From Acidobacteriota bacterium (GTDB lineage Bacteria > Acidobacteriota > UBA6911 > RPQK01 > JAJDTT01), in contig CBDCJH010000002.1 in the NCBI GenBank assembly GCA_965217775.1, positions 608,001 to 672,000 on the forward strand: 64,000 nt of DNA, given 5' to 3'. The translations under genes and the position numbers were made by a program. The notes under the pieces were generated by a model that had not been told where the DNA came from, did not search any database, and worked only from the letters and a program-made list of their open reading frames with translations. Shown one piece after another: positions 16,857 to 26,119 of the stretch. The first letter of the stretch is position 1. The number at the start of each line of letters is the position of its first letter.

Positions 16857-18356
16857 ATGAAGCTTCGCGTGATGGTGACCTGTCTATTGGTTTTACTCTG
16901 GGTCCACGTCTCTCCGGCTCAAACCGCCCGGGAGGGTGATCCGCTGGAACTGGGCTCGCGCCTGGAGCTGTTCGTTGACGACACCCTGATCGAATCCATG
17001 CGGGGCGTGGAGTTGAAACTCCATCCCCCCCGTTCGGCCGGCAAGGTCCTCTCTTTCGATCGCCCTTGGGAAGGAAGCACGAGCGACTACATTTCCGTCT
17101 TCAAGGATGGCGACCTGTATCGCATGTACTACCGTGGCAGCACTCATGCCGCCAAGGGTCTGACCGTCGTCTCCATGCTGGAGCCGGGAGAAACCGTCAC
17201 TCCCGACCATCCGGAGTGGACCTGTTACGCCGAGAGCCGGGACGGAATCCACTGGACCCGCCCCTCTCTGGGCCTTTTCGAGTTCAATGGATCCAAGGAC
17301 AACAACATCGTCTGGACCGGGGCGCATGGAGACGCGTCCCATTGCTTCATGGCGTTCAAGGACGGGAATCTCCGGGCGCCGGGCGATCAACGTTACAAGG
17401 CCCTGGCCAGCTACCACACTCCGGGTCTGAAGCACGTCATGGGAGTCGTATCTGCCGACGGGATCCACTGGCGACTCATCCAGGACGAGCCCCTCATCAC
17501 ACAGAAGGTGGACTGGGGAGGCGACCTGGCCTTCTGGGACTCGGAACGGGAGGAATACGTCGCCTATCTCCGGGGCCTCCGGGACCAGAGGGTCCGGGAG
17601 GTCGTGAGGTCCACATCCCCCGACTTCATCCACTGGACCCCACCCGAGTACATCGATGTGGGGGACACTCCTCCGGAGCACTTCTATACGAACGCCGCGA
17701 ACCCCTATTTTCGAGCTCCCCACATCTTTTTGGCTTTCCCCCGGCGCATGGTTCCCTGGCGCACTCTGGAACCCTTCCGGTCCCAGCGGTACGCTGGAGC
17801 GTCGGACGTGGTTCTCCTCAGTAGCCGCGATGGACAGCGGTGGCATCGGACCTTCATGGAGGCCTTCATCCGGCCCGGCCGCCACGTCCGGAACTGGATT
17901 CATCGCGCCAACACGCCGGCGACCGGTCTGGTGGCGACCGCGCCGGACGAGATTTCCCTCTACGTGCAGCGGCACTACACTTTCCCCAGCGTTCACCTGG
18001 AGCGGTTCGTACTGCGCACCGACGGCTTCGCCTCCGTGAATGCCGGCGCCGCGGAAGGTGAATTCCTGACCAAACCGCTGATCTTCGAAGGCGACTCCCT
18101 GATCCTAAATTTTGCGACCTCCGCCGCCGGAAGCATTCAGGTCGAGATCCAGGACCTGTACGGCAATCCGATGCCGGGTTTCGCCCTGGAGGAATCGCCC
18201 ATCTTGTGGGGGGATGAAATCGACCACGAGGTCCAGTGGGACCGGAGCCGGTCCCGGAAAACCTCCGAACAATTGATGCGGAGGATCTCGGGAGACCCGG
18301 TGAGATTGCGCTTCGTGTTGAAGGACGCGGATCTCTATTCCTTGAAGTTTCGATAG
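16857..18356 (+). CDS. Secreted five-bladed beta-propeller glycoside hydrolase-like protein (GH32/43/130 clan-like)
   Basis: Signal peptide; repeated S-x-DG-x-x-W Asp-box-like motifs; YRMYY; C-terminal RTDGF/NFAT beta-sandwich. Confidence 0.65.
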   Translation: MKLRVMVTCLLVLLWVHVSPAQTAREGDPLELGSRLELFVDDTLIESMRGVELKLHPPRSAGKVLSFDRPWEGSTSDYISVFKDGDLYRMYYRGSTHAAKGLTVVSMLEPGETVTPDHPEWTCYAESRDGIHWTRPSLGLFEFNGSKDNNIVWTGAHGDASHCFMAFKDGNLRAPGDQRYKALASYHTPGLKHVMGVVSADGIHWRLIQDEPLITQKVDWGGDLAFWDSEREEYVAYLRGLRDQRVREVVRSTSPDFIHWTPPEYIDVGDTPPEHFYTNAANPYFRAPHIFLAFPRRMVPWRTLEPFRSQRYAGASDVVLLSSRDGQRWHRTFMEAFIRPGRHVRNWIHRANTPATGLVATAPDEISLYVQRHYTFPSVHLERFVLRTDGFASVNAGAAEGEFLTKPLIFEGDSLILNFATSAAGSIQVEIQDLYGNPMPGFALEESPILWGDEIDHEVQWDRSRSRKTSEQLMRRISGDPVRLRFVLKDADLYSLKFR

Positions 18357-18448
18357 AATCTTCCCTCTGGCCGGTCTGAAGTCGAGTGCGCTGCCAGGAC
18401 GAATTCTCAATTGGCACGGACGGTCAACTACCGAGGAACACTGCCCAA

Positions 18449-20110
18449 ATGAACACGAAACGCCGCTTCAAATCGATTCTGGTGGGGATGGTCTGCAGTC
18501 TCTCGTGGGGGATATCCCTGTCCCAGAGTGACTCCTCCCCGGTGGTGACGCATATCTTCACCGATTGGACCAAGGTGGATCCGGGAAATGCCATCTTTCC
18601 CGTCGATCTGACCTATGTGGACGAACACGACCGGCAACTGATCGCCAAAGTGCGCGACTACTACAAGGCCACCATGTACATCTCCGAAGGACCCACTGCT
18701 TCCCGGAGAATAAGGGCCGCCAGTGGCGTGAAGATCGGCATCGAGAAGGGACGGCTGGTCGGTCCCTGGCTCAAACCGGAGAAACCTTGGGAAAGAAGCG
18801 GCATCGGGCCTAAGACCGTGCTCCACGAGGACGGCCGCTACCGTCTCTGGTATGGCTGCGGCTGGACCGTACGAGACCGCGCAGTGGTGGCCCCTGACGG
18901 CCGCTTGAAACTGGGATCGGACGGAGGAGGCTCCGGGGTGTGCTATGCGGAGTCCGGGGACGGCCTGAACTGGAAACGAGTCTCCATGGGAATGCTGGAG
19001 TTCGAGGGAAGCCGGGACAACAATCTGATTGCCTTCGACGGTCTGGCCGGAATCAACGGTCACATCTTCGTCGATCCCAACGCTCCTCCCGAGGAGCGGT
19101 ACAAGACCACCAGCCTCACCAATATCCGGTTGTTCAAGCCGGATGCCAAAAGCATGGGGGGCATCCTGGGAGCGGCCGTCTCTCCTGACGGGATCCATTG
19201 GAAACGCCTTCCGGAACCGCTCTGGGACACGTATTTCAACAATGACGGTGTTCCCAGCATCTACTTCGACGGCAAGTTGAAAAAGTACGTGATGCTGATG
19301 CGGCAGAACTATCCTCGCCGCCGCAGCATCGCCCGAGCCGAGACCTCGGATTTCCGCCGGTGGCCCCATCCCAACCTGGTCCTGACTCCCGGACCCGAAG
19401 AGTCGCCTTCCGACGACTTCTACAACAACACCTACCTCCACTACCCGGGGACGGAGAACACCCACCTCATGGTGGCCTCCGTCTACCATCGGGACACGAG
19501 CCTGGTCGACCTGCGGCTGGCCACGAGCCTCGACGGCGTCGTCTGGAATTGGGTGAGCCGTGAATCCATCGTGGAGTTGGGCAAGCCGGGGGGATGGGCC
19601 GGCGGCTCCATGTACGCCGTCTCCTCCATGGTGCAACTGCCCGACGGCCGGATGGCGGTTCCCATCGTCGGAAGCAGTTGGTCCCACAACGAGTGGTGGA
19701 AGGTCCGTTTCCAGAAGGATCGCGAGTGGCCTCGGGGAATCGGTTGGGCCACCTGGGAGGATGGCCGTCTGGCCGGTATCGAGGCCGCGCAGGAGGGCCA
19801 GTTCACGACCCAGCGCTTTCGCTTCCAGGGCAAACCGGTGGAGGTCAACCTCAGGACTCACGGTGATTCCGGATCAGTGGCCGTCGAACTGATGGTGGAG
19901 AGGGATCCGGACCGGAAAGTCTACCGGGCTCAACCCATTTCGGGGAACCGTCATTGGGTGCCCCTGGTCTGGAAGGGGGGCGAGGGAATTCCGCAGTTGG
20001 CCGGTAAGACCGTGCGTCTCCACTTTCGGCTCTTCAACGCCAAGGTCTTCGGTTTTCGCAGCGAAGGGATGGTTGCCGTCGATCCCCTCCGGAGGCCGAA
20101 GAGGGACTGA
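18449..20110 (+). CDS. Secreted beta-propeller glycoside hydrolase-like protein, distant paralog of the upstream gene
   Basis: Signal peptide; YAESGDGLNW, SPDGIHW, SLDGVVW and YRLWY; same overall architecture. Confidence 0.65.
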   Translation: MNTKRRFKSILVGMVCSLSWGISLSQSDSSPVVTHIFTDWTKVDPGNAIFPVDLTYVDEHDRQLIAKVRDYYKATMYISEGPTASRRIRAASGVKIGIEKGRLVGPWLKPEKPWERSGIGPKTVLHEDGRYRLWYGCGWTVRDRAVVAPDGRLKLGSDGGGSGVCYAESGDGLNWKRVSMGMLEFEGSRDNNLIAFDGLAGINGHIFVDPNAPPEERYKTTSLTNIRLFKPDAKSMGGILGAAVSPDGIHWKRLPEPLWDTYFNNDGVPSIYFDGKLKKYVMLMRQNYPRRRSIARAETSDFRRWPHPNLVLTPGPEESPSDDFYNNTYLHYPGTENTHLMVASVYHRDTSLVDLRLATSLDGVVWNWVSRESIVELGKPGGWAGGSMYAVSSMVQLPDGRMAVPIVGSSWSHNEWWKVRFQKDREWPRGIGWATWEDGRLAGIEAAQEGQFTTQRFRFQGKPVEVNLRTHGDSGSVAVELMVERDPDRKVYRAQPISGNRHWVPLVWKGGEGIPQLAGKTVRLHFRLFNAKVFGFRSEGMVAVDPLRRPKRD

Positions 20111-20147
20111 CCGCCCTACGAATTCCCGGAAACGGGAAGCAGGACCT

Positions 20148-20384
20148 TAACCCGCATTTCTCGTGCGCCGTGGAAAGGCGCTTTCTCCTAGCGGGTGCGA
20201 AACCCGCCCGCCGGGATGCAGGGACGGTCGAATGCCGTGATGACTTTTGCCACGGGCTGCTACACCAAGTCGCTACGCGTCTGATGAAAAAGGATCTGTT
20301 TTTGAGTATTTACGCGAATCTTTCCAAGGTTTCTCCGGGACAGACTGCGCGCTCGTCACGCCCCCTGGTGAGAAATGCGGGCTA
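20148..20384. mobile_element. MITE with TIR TAACCCGCATTTCTC / GAGAAATGCGGGCTA, containing the right half of the 164-bp MITE
   Basis: 15-bp terminal inverted repeats with 1 mismatch. Internal ~20208-20259 matches 38820-38871. Confidence 0.7.
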
Positions 20385-20491
20385 GTGCCAATGGAAGTCT
20401 ACATGCACATTTTAAAGGGGGAATAAAGAGTCCATTAGATGTCATTTTAGGGTCCGAGTGTGGCCGAGACCTGTGACCTGGTGGATCGGAT

Positions 20492-23400
20492 TCAGTTGTC
20501 CCTCGGCGCGGCCAGCTCCTCGGGGATCAGGTATCCCGCCTGCATGAACGAAATGACGTCGGCCAGTTCCTGACGAGTCAGATTCTCCTCGAAACCTTCG
20601 GGCATGACCGACACCTCCGAAGCCCGGATCTCGGCGATTCGGCCCCGGAGAATGGTTTCCTCCTGATTCGGCCCGCTCCTCAGGGTGAGGGTGCCGGGAG
20701 TCTCGGCGGCGATGATCCCACCATAGACTCTGCCGTCACGGGTGGTGACGATGTAGTTCTGGTAGCGGGACAGGATGAGTCCGCTGGGATTCAGGATGTC
20801 GAAGAGGAGCTGTTCGCGCGTATGGCCCTGGACCGCTGTCCGCAGCCCGGGGCCGACGCCAACCCCCTGATCCGGCTCATGGCAGCGGGCGCATTCCTGG
20901 CGGAAGACCTCCCGGCCGTTGATCGGGTCGGCCTCCAGCTCCAGAATCGGCAGGTATTCTTCGACCAGTGCCTCCCGGTCCGTGGTATCCGCCTCCAAGA
21001 CCTGCGCGGCCTGTTGTCGGATCTGCTCCCGTGGGTAGTTTCTCAGGAACTGCTTCTGTTGATGGTCCAGCGCGGCCCGTTCGACGGCGCCGCTTTCGAC
21101 GGCGTTCAAGAGAGCCCGCACCCGCTCGGGGTGGTCGAGGAGGATCGCCAGAGCGGCCGCACGGACATCCGGGGACAACGTGCTCCACCCTTCGAGGACC
21201 AGGCGGCTGACACCCGGGTCTTCGAAATAGGAGAGGGTTTCCAGGGTGGCCCGCGTCAATTCCGGATCCGAGGCAGTCAGAAAACGCGACAAGATCGGTT
21301 CGACCTCCGGGTAAGGGGCGGAGGCGAGCATTCGGATGGAGCTGGATCTCCGGGTTGCCGAAAGAGTCTCGTCCAAGACGGCCTTCCTGGCGGCCGCCAC
21401 CAGCGAGGGAACTCGGAAGTGTTTGCCGACTCTGGCCGCGGCGCCGCGCACCTCCTGTGAACGGCTTGCCAACAGGTTTCGCAGTGACCCGGTCGCGCCT
21501 GCCGGCTTCAGGTGAAGCACCTGTCCCAGCTCCAGACCCCGGGCCAGCCCCGTCAGCCCCGCCGTCTGCCAGCTTTTCTCTCGCAGCGGCCGGGACCGGG
21601 CCAAGACGCGAACCAGGCGTTGGACTTCCTGCCCCCGGTTGCGGGCACCTACGACGGCGGCCAGATCCTCCAGGAAGCCGGTTTTGTTCGGAGTCGGATC
21701 CTTGAAATAGCCGCGTTCCGCCACCATCGATTCCAGCAACTGCAGCGAGGAGCCCGCGTCGGAGCTGAGGATGGCGGCTCGTTGCCACGGGTCCTCTCCG
21801 TGACGGGCCAGCAAGTCCCGGAAGGCGTCAAGCACACGGGGACCGGAAAATTCGCCCAGGCTCAGGGAGAGTTGGAAGGCGACACGGGGGGAAGGATCCG
21901 CCGTCATCTTCACCAGCCGGGGCAGGAGACCGGGGAAGTTTTCGGCCAGGAGGACGGCCTGTTCCCGGACACCCGGATGTTCGTCTCCCAGGGCTGCTCC
22001 GACGATGGATTCCTCCAGGGCGGACAGGCCTTCCAGAGAGTAGAGGGCATGGAGGCGGGCTTGGGGATTCTCTCGGTAACCCGCCAATTCTCTCAACGCG
22101 GGAAGGGCGGACCGGTCCTGCCGCTGGAGAAGGAGCCGTTGGGCGGTGAGACGCCACCACTGGTTCGGCGAGGCGAGATGCCCGACCAGTTCCGGTGTGG
22201 CGGCTTTGTGGAGTTCGGGGCGAACGTACGGGCTGGCGGCGGAATCCCGAGGCACGATCCGGTAGATGCGGCCGTGATCGATCCCGGCATAGAAGTTGAG
22301 GCCCTCCTTGATGGGCTCGGGGATGGAGGCCGGAGTCTCCACATACTGGCGGCAGATGTCGATGACATAGAGGTTCCCGTCGGGACCTACGGTGAAGTTG
22401 GCGGGCCGAAACCAGCGTGAGGTGGAAGCTATGAACTCACGGCTCGCTTCCTCCTCAGCCCGGTTGGCGACGAAACTGACACCGCTGGGAGAGATGACAT
22501 CTCGGTGGACGATGTTGCCGGCCACGTCGCCGGAGAAGGCGTTGCCCCGGTAGCGCGGGTGAAACGTGTCTCCGTTGTAGATGGTGTTTCCCGTCGCTCC
22601 GGTGAAGAAGCCGGTGGAGGCCATTTCCCGTTCCCTCCCCAGCTCCCTGGAGCGCCGCTGCCGCATCCTCGTGCGGGCCTCGCGCCAAGCCTCGGGGGGA
22701 GTGAGCTGGAAGATGCGCTGATCGTGAACCGAGATGGATCGGGTGACGGGGGGAGCCGTCAGAAAGAGGTTGCGCTGGAGATAGCGCCGGGCCGCCACTA
22801 CGTGCTGAACGTGTCTTCCGGACTGGGAGAAGAAGCGACGTCCCCACTCGTCGAAGCTCAGTCCGAATCGGGTGGCTCCCGAGGCCGCCTCGAATAGATT
22901 CCGGTCGAGACGAAACCTGAGGTCGGCGTTCAAGACCGAAACCGGTTCGGCGTCGGGCCGGCGGGAGAAGGTGATCATTCCCGCCTGGCTGTCATTGCCT
23001 GCGTAGATCCAGTTGTCGATCCCGAAGCGCAGGTTGCTGAGCTGGCCCTCCGGATCCACCAGGATCGTGAACCCGGTGAACAGCGGAGTCGTCTCATCCG
23101 TCCTCAAGTCTCCGTCGGTGTCCCGCAGATAAAGGATGTGCGGCGCCGAGCTCACCAGCACGCCGTCCTTCCACGGCAGGACGCTCTTCACGTTGGGCAG
23201 TCCCTCGGCGAAGACGGTGGAGTGGTCCACTCGGCCGTCCCTGTCCCGGTCTTCCAGGACGCGGATCCGGCTCAGGGCCGGTTTCCCCTCAGGCGGCTGG
23301 TAGGGATAGTCCCGCATTTCGGCCACCCAGGCCCGTCCCTGTTCGTCGAACGCCAGCTCTACCGGATCGGTCACGTGGGGCTCGGCGGCAAAGATCTCCA

Positions 23401-23530
23401 CCCGGAACTCGTCGCTGATGCGAAAGGTCTCCAGCATTTCCTCCGGAGAGGGAGGAGTCGAAGCGGGGTCCGGCCCGCAGCCGGTAATCAACAAAAGCAG
23501 GCCAAAAAGCAGGAAGAGGGAGCGTTTCAT
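20492..23530 (-). CDS. PVC-type heme-binding CxxCH lipoprotein (putative membrane-bound dehydrogenase domain)
   Basis: Lipobox (LITGC), beta-propeller FAAEP...DP/LEDRDRDG, HEAT-like repeats, CARCH heme motif and SVMPEG. Confidence 0.85.
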   Translation of the reverse strand: MKRSLFLLFGLLLLITGCGPDPASTPPSPEEMLETFRISDEFRVEIFAAEPHVTDPVELAFDEQGRAWVAEMRDYPYQPPEGKPALSRIRVLEDRDRDGRVDHSTVFAEGLPNVKSVLPWKDGVLVSSAPHILYLRDTDGDLRTDETTPLFTGFTILVDPEGQLSNLRFGIDNWIYAGNDSQAGMITFSRRPDAEPVSVLNADLRFRLDRNLFEAASGATRFGLSFDEWGRRFFSQSGRHVQHVVAARRYLQRNLFLTAPPVTRSISVHDQRIFQLTPPEAWREARTRMRQRRSRELGREREMASTGFFTGATGNTIYNGDTFHPRYRGNAFSGDVAGNIVHRDVISPSGVSFVANRAEEEASREFIASTSRWFRPANFTVGPDGNLYVIDICRQYVETPASIPEPIKEGLNFYAGIDHGRIYRIVPRDSAASPYVRPELHKAATPELVGHLASPNQWWRLTAQRLLLQRQDRSALPALRELAGYRENPQARLHALYSLEGLSALEESIVGAALGDEHPGVREQAVLLAENFPGLLPRLVKMTADPSPRVAFQLSLSLGEFSGPRVLDAFRDLLARHGEDPWQRAAILSSDAGSSLQLLESMVAERGYFKDPTPNKTGFLEDLAAVVGARNRGQEVQRLVRVLARSRPLREKSWQTAGLTGLARGLELGQVLHLKPAGATGSLRNLLASRSQEVRGAAARVGKHFRVPSLVAAARKAVLDETLSATRRSSSIRMLASAPYPEVEPILSRFLTASDPELTRATLETLSYFEDPGVSRLVLEGWSTLSPDVRAAALAILLDHPERVRALLNAVESGAVERAALDHQQKQFLRNYPREQIRQQAAQVLEADTTDREALVEEYLPILELEADPINGREVFRQECARCHEPDQGVGVGPGLRTAVQGHTREQLLFDILNPSGLILSRYQNYIVTTRDGRVYGGIIAAETPGTLTLRSGPNQEETILRGRIAEIRASEVSVMPEGFEENLTRQELADVISFMQAGYLIPEELAAPRDN

Positions 23531-23560
23531 GAGGAATTAGCTGAGTTTCGGAAGCCCGGT

Positions 23561-24922
23561 CTACCAGCGGACGCCATGACGGTCCTTGGGGTATCCGGGA
23601 TCCCATTGATGGAGCAGACCGTGCCGGGGCCGGGTGCGGGCCACGTTCTCGGCCAGCACGGCCTTCTTGTCCGGGTCGATCTCGACACCGAGGCCGGGTC
23701 CCGAAGGGAGCGCCATCTTGCCGTCCCGGAACCGGAGCATGTCGCCCCGGATAATGTCTTGAGTGGTCCACGGATAGTGCGAATCCACGTCGTGCGTGAT
23801 GTGGGAGATGGCGCACACCATGTGGACCTGGGTGGCCATGGAGATGCCGAGGTAATTGTTGCTGTGGCCGGAGCAACCCCATCCCAGAGCCTCGCACGTG
23901 GCCGCCCAATGCCGCACGTTGTTGAGCCCGCCCATATAGTGGGGGTCCAGCAACACGATGTCGATGGCCCCCCGGTCGTACCCGGGGCGGATGTGCTCCA
24001 TGCGGGTGACGCACATGTTGGTGGCCAGGGGAATGGATGTGCGCTTGCGCACCTCGGCCATGCCTTCCTGTCCCGGTGTGGGATCCTCCAGGTACTCCAT
24101 CCCCAGCGGCTCCAGCCGGTGGGCGACCTTCACCGAAGTTTCCACGCTCCACGAGGCATTCGGGTCGATGCGGAGTTTAGCCTGAGGCATGGCCTCGCGG
24201 ATGCGGGTCAAGGCTTCGATCTCCCGCTCCGGCTTCAGAACGCCCCCTTTGAACTTGCAGGTCGTGAATCCGTAGTCCCGGTGGAAGTCCAGGAATTCCC
24301 CGGCCATGGCCTCGGGAGTCGTGATGTCCGGTCCTCCCTCCACCGGGAGAACGAAAAAGTTGTAGGCCGAGAAGGGAGCCTCATTGCGGAAGGGGCCGCC
24401 GATCAGATCGACGACCGGCCGGTCGATCACCTTTCCGATCAGGTCCAGACACGCGATTTCCACCGCGGCCAGGGATTCGGCATTGTGCCTTGGGGCGAAT
24501 TCGGAGCGATGGGAGAGGTGTCGGCGGAAATATTCGATCTCGAGGGGGTCTCGTCCCAGTACGGTCTCACCCGCCGCTTGGAGGGCTTGGAGCGCCGCTC
24601 CCCCGACTTCGGCCACTCCCGTGTAGCCGTCGGTGGTCTCCAATTCCAGGATCGCGCGCTGGAAGTGGGTGTCGTGGACGTTCCAGGAATTCAGCAGAGC
24701 GTAGTCGGGCGACGCCACCAGCGTGGTTTCGAAGGAGCCGATCTTCATCCGGCTCCGGGGACCTTCGGAACGGGGCCGCCCGCTTCGCCTGACGCCGTAG
24801 GCCGCCGGCGAAAAGGCCAGGACCATGTCTTCAATCCCGGCGAGTCCCGTCACGCCCGCGGCGGCGGCCATCCAGCGCCGCCGGTTCCAGGAACTCTCTC
24901 GGTGGTCGGCAGTCGCCATCAT
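23561..24922 (-). CDS. Enolase-superfamily acid-sugar dehydratase (glucarate dehydratase-like) with Tat-like leader
   Basis: KFKGGV, RIDPN, YLEDP, ATNM and HSN motifs; N-terminal NRRRW. Confidence 0.8.
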   Translation of the reverse strand: MMATADHRESSWNRRRWMAAAAGVTGLAGIEDMVLAFSPAAYGVRRSGRPRSEGPRSRMKIGSFETTLVASPDYALLNSWNVHDTHFQRAILELETTDGYTGVAEVGGAALQALQAAGETVLGRDPLEIEYFRRHLSHRSEFAPRHNAESLAAVEIACLDLIGKVIDRPVVDLIGGPFRNEAPFSAYNFFVLPVEGGPDITTPEAMAGEFLDFHRDYGFTTCKFKGGVLKPEREIEALTRIREAMPQAKLRIDPNASWSVETSVKVAHRLEPLGMEYLEDPTPGQEGMAEVRKRTSIPLATNMCVTRMEHIRPGYDRGAIDIVLLDPHYMGGLNNVRHWAATCEALGWGCSGHSNNYLGISMATQVHMVCAISHITHDVDSHYPWTTQDIIRGDMLRFRDGKMALPSGPGLGVEIDPDKKAVLAENVARTRPRHGLLHQWDPGYPKDRHGVRW

Positions 24923-24970
24923 ATCGCTGCCATGGTAATGATGCGCCTGGAGATCCACAAGCTAGGGAAA

Positions 24971-25444
24971 CTACTCTTCGTGGATCACCATCTGCCGGTC
25001 GGCCGAGCTGTAGACGATCACCGCCAGCATGGGCTCGTCCCCTACCGTGACCGCCCGGTGAGGAACACCCGTGGGAATCCTCACCAGGTCTCCCGGCTTC
25101 ATGAGATGGGTCTTTTCTCCCACCGTCTTCCGGCACGACCCCGAGACCACATACAACAGCTCCTCACAGTTGGGATGCGAGTGGAGAGGGTTCTGCTGGC
25201 CCGGATTCAGCTCGACGATTCCAAAGGTCTGCTCGGCATTGGGGTCGATCTGGGAGTTCATCATCCAGCGGATCCATCCCCACGAGAACTCCAGCTTGGA
25301 GATCGCTTCGAGACTCTGCACACCGGAAGGGCTCATCACTCCCTCCTCGACTTGCTGTTGGGAAACGCTTTCAGGGGTTGCCGGATCGACGGCAGGAGCG
25401 CAACCGAAGGCGGCCAATGCCAGCAGTAGACTTGTTCTTCGCAT
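24971..25444 (-). CDS. Cupin-domain lipoprotein
   Basis: Lipobox AFGC; cupin motifs HSHPNCEE and PGD...IPTGVPH. Confidence 0.8.
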   Translation of the reverse strand: MRRTSLLLALAAFGCAPAVDPATPESVSQQQVEEGVMSPSGVQSLEAISKLEFSWGWIRWMMNSQIDPNAEQTFGIVELNPGQQNPLHSHPNCEELLYVVSGSCRKTVGEKTHLMKPGDLVRIPTGVPHRAVTVGDEPMLAVIVYSSADRQMVIHEE

Positions 25445-25525
25445 GGGTTCCTCCTTGGTAGTAGACTGGGCCGCGTAGATTATATTGTCTCTCTCGGGAT
25501 ATTCTCGAAGTCAGGAGCCGGGATC

Positions 25526-26119
25526 ATGAAGCGCCGCGATTTCTTTGGACGATCTCTCGGGGCGTCGCTGACGGCGGCCCTGGCCGGAGCGGAGCCGGTT
25601 CGGGCCCGGGAGTTTCCTCCCGGCCACGACGCCTCGGCCGAGTTGGCCTCTCCCGACTGGACACCTGTCTTCCTGGACGCCCACCAGAACGGCACCCTGA
25701 TCCGACTGAGCGACCTCATCATCCCCGAGACCGACACCCCCGGGGCCAAGGCCGCACTGGTCAACCGCTTCATCGACCGGCTTCTGGCCAGTGAGACTCG
25801 CGAAGCGCAGAGCCGGTTCCTGGACAGCCTGGCCTGGTTCGACGGGGAATGCCTGGGACGCTACGGCGCGGCCTTCATCCACCTTCCCTCCGAGAGCCAA
25901 TTGGAGTTTCTCAATTTCGTCGCCTATCCCCACAAGCTCGTGAATTGGCGCGGCAACCGGTCCGAGTTCTCAGGCCACTCCCACTTCTTGCAACTGAAAG
26001 ATTGGATCAGTCGAGCCTATTATAGTTCGGAGGCGGGCCTGAAAGAACTGGGATGGAGCGAGGACGCCATGTCCGGTTCCTTTCCGGGATGCCCGCATCC
26101 CGAGGGTTTCCACAAGTGA
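25526..26119 (+). CDS. Gluconate 2-dehydrogenase subunit 3 family (Tat-exported hitchhiker partner)
   Basis: MKRRDFF Tat signal; IIPETDTPGA and YYSSE motifs. Confidence 0.88.
   Translation: MKRRDFFGRSLGASLTAALAGAEPVRAREFPPGHDASAELASPDWTPVFLDAHQNGTLIRLSDLIIPETDTPGAKAALVNRFIDRLLASETREAQSRFLDSLAWFDGECLGRYGAAFIHLPSESQLEFLNFVAYPHKLVNWRGNRSEFSGHSHFLQLKDWISRAYYSSEAGLKELGWSEDAMSGSFPGCPHPEGFHK

Noticed and set aside
18411-18428. Sigma54 promoter (TTGGCACG)
   Set aside because: The -12 TTGC element is missing at the required spacing.
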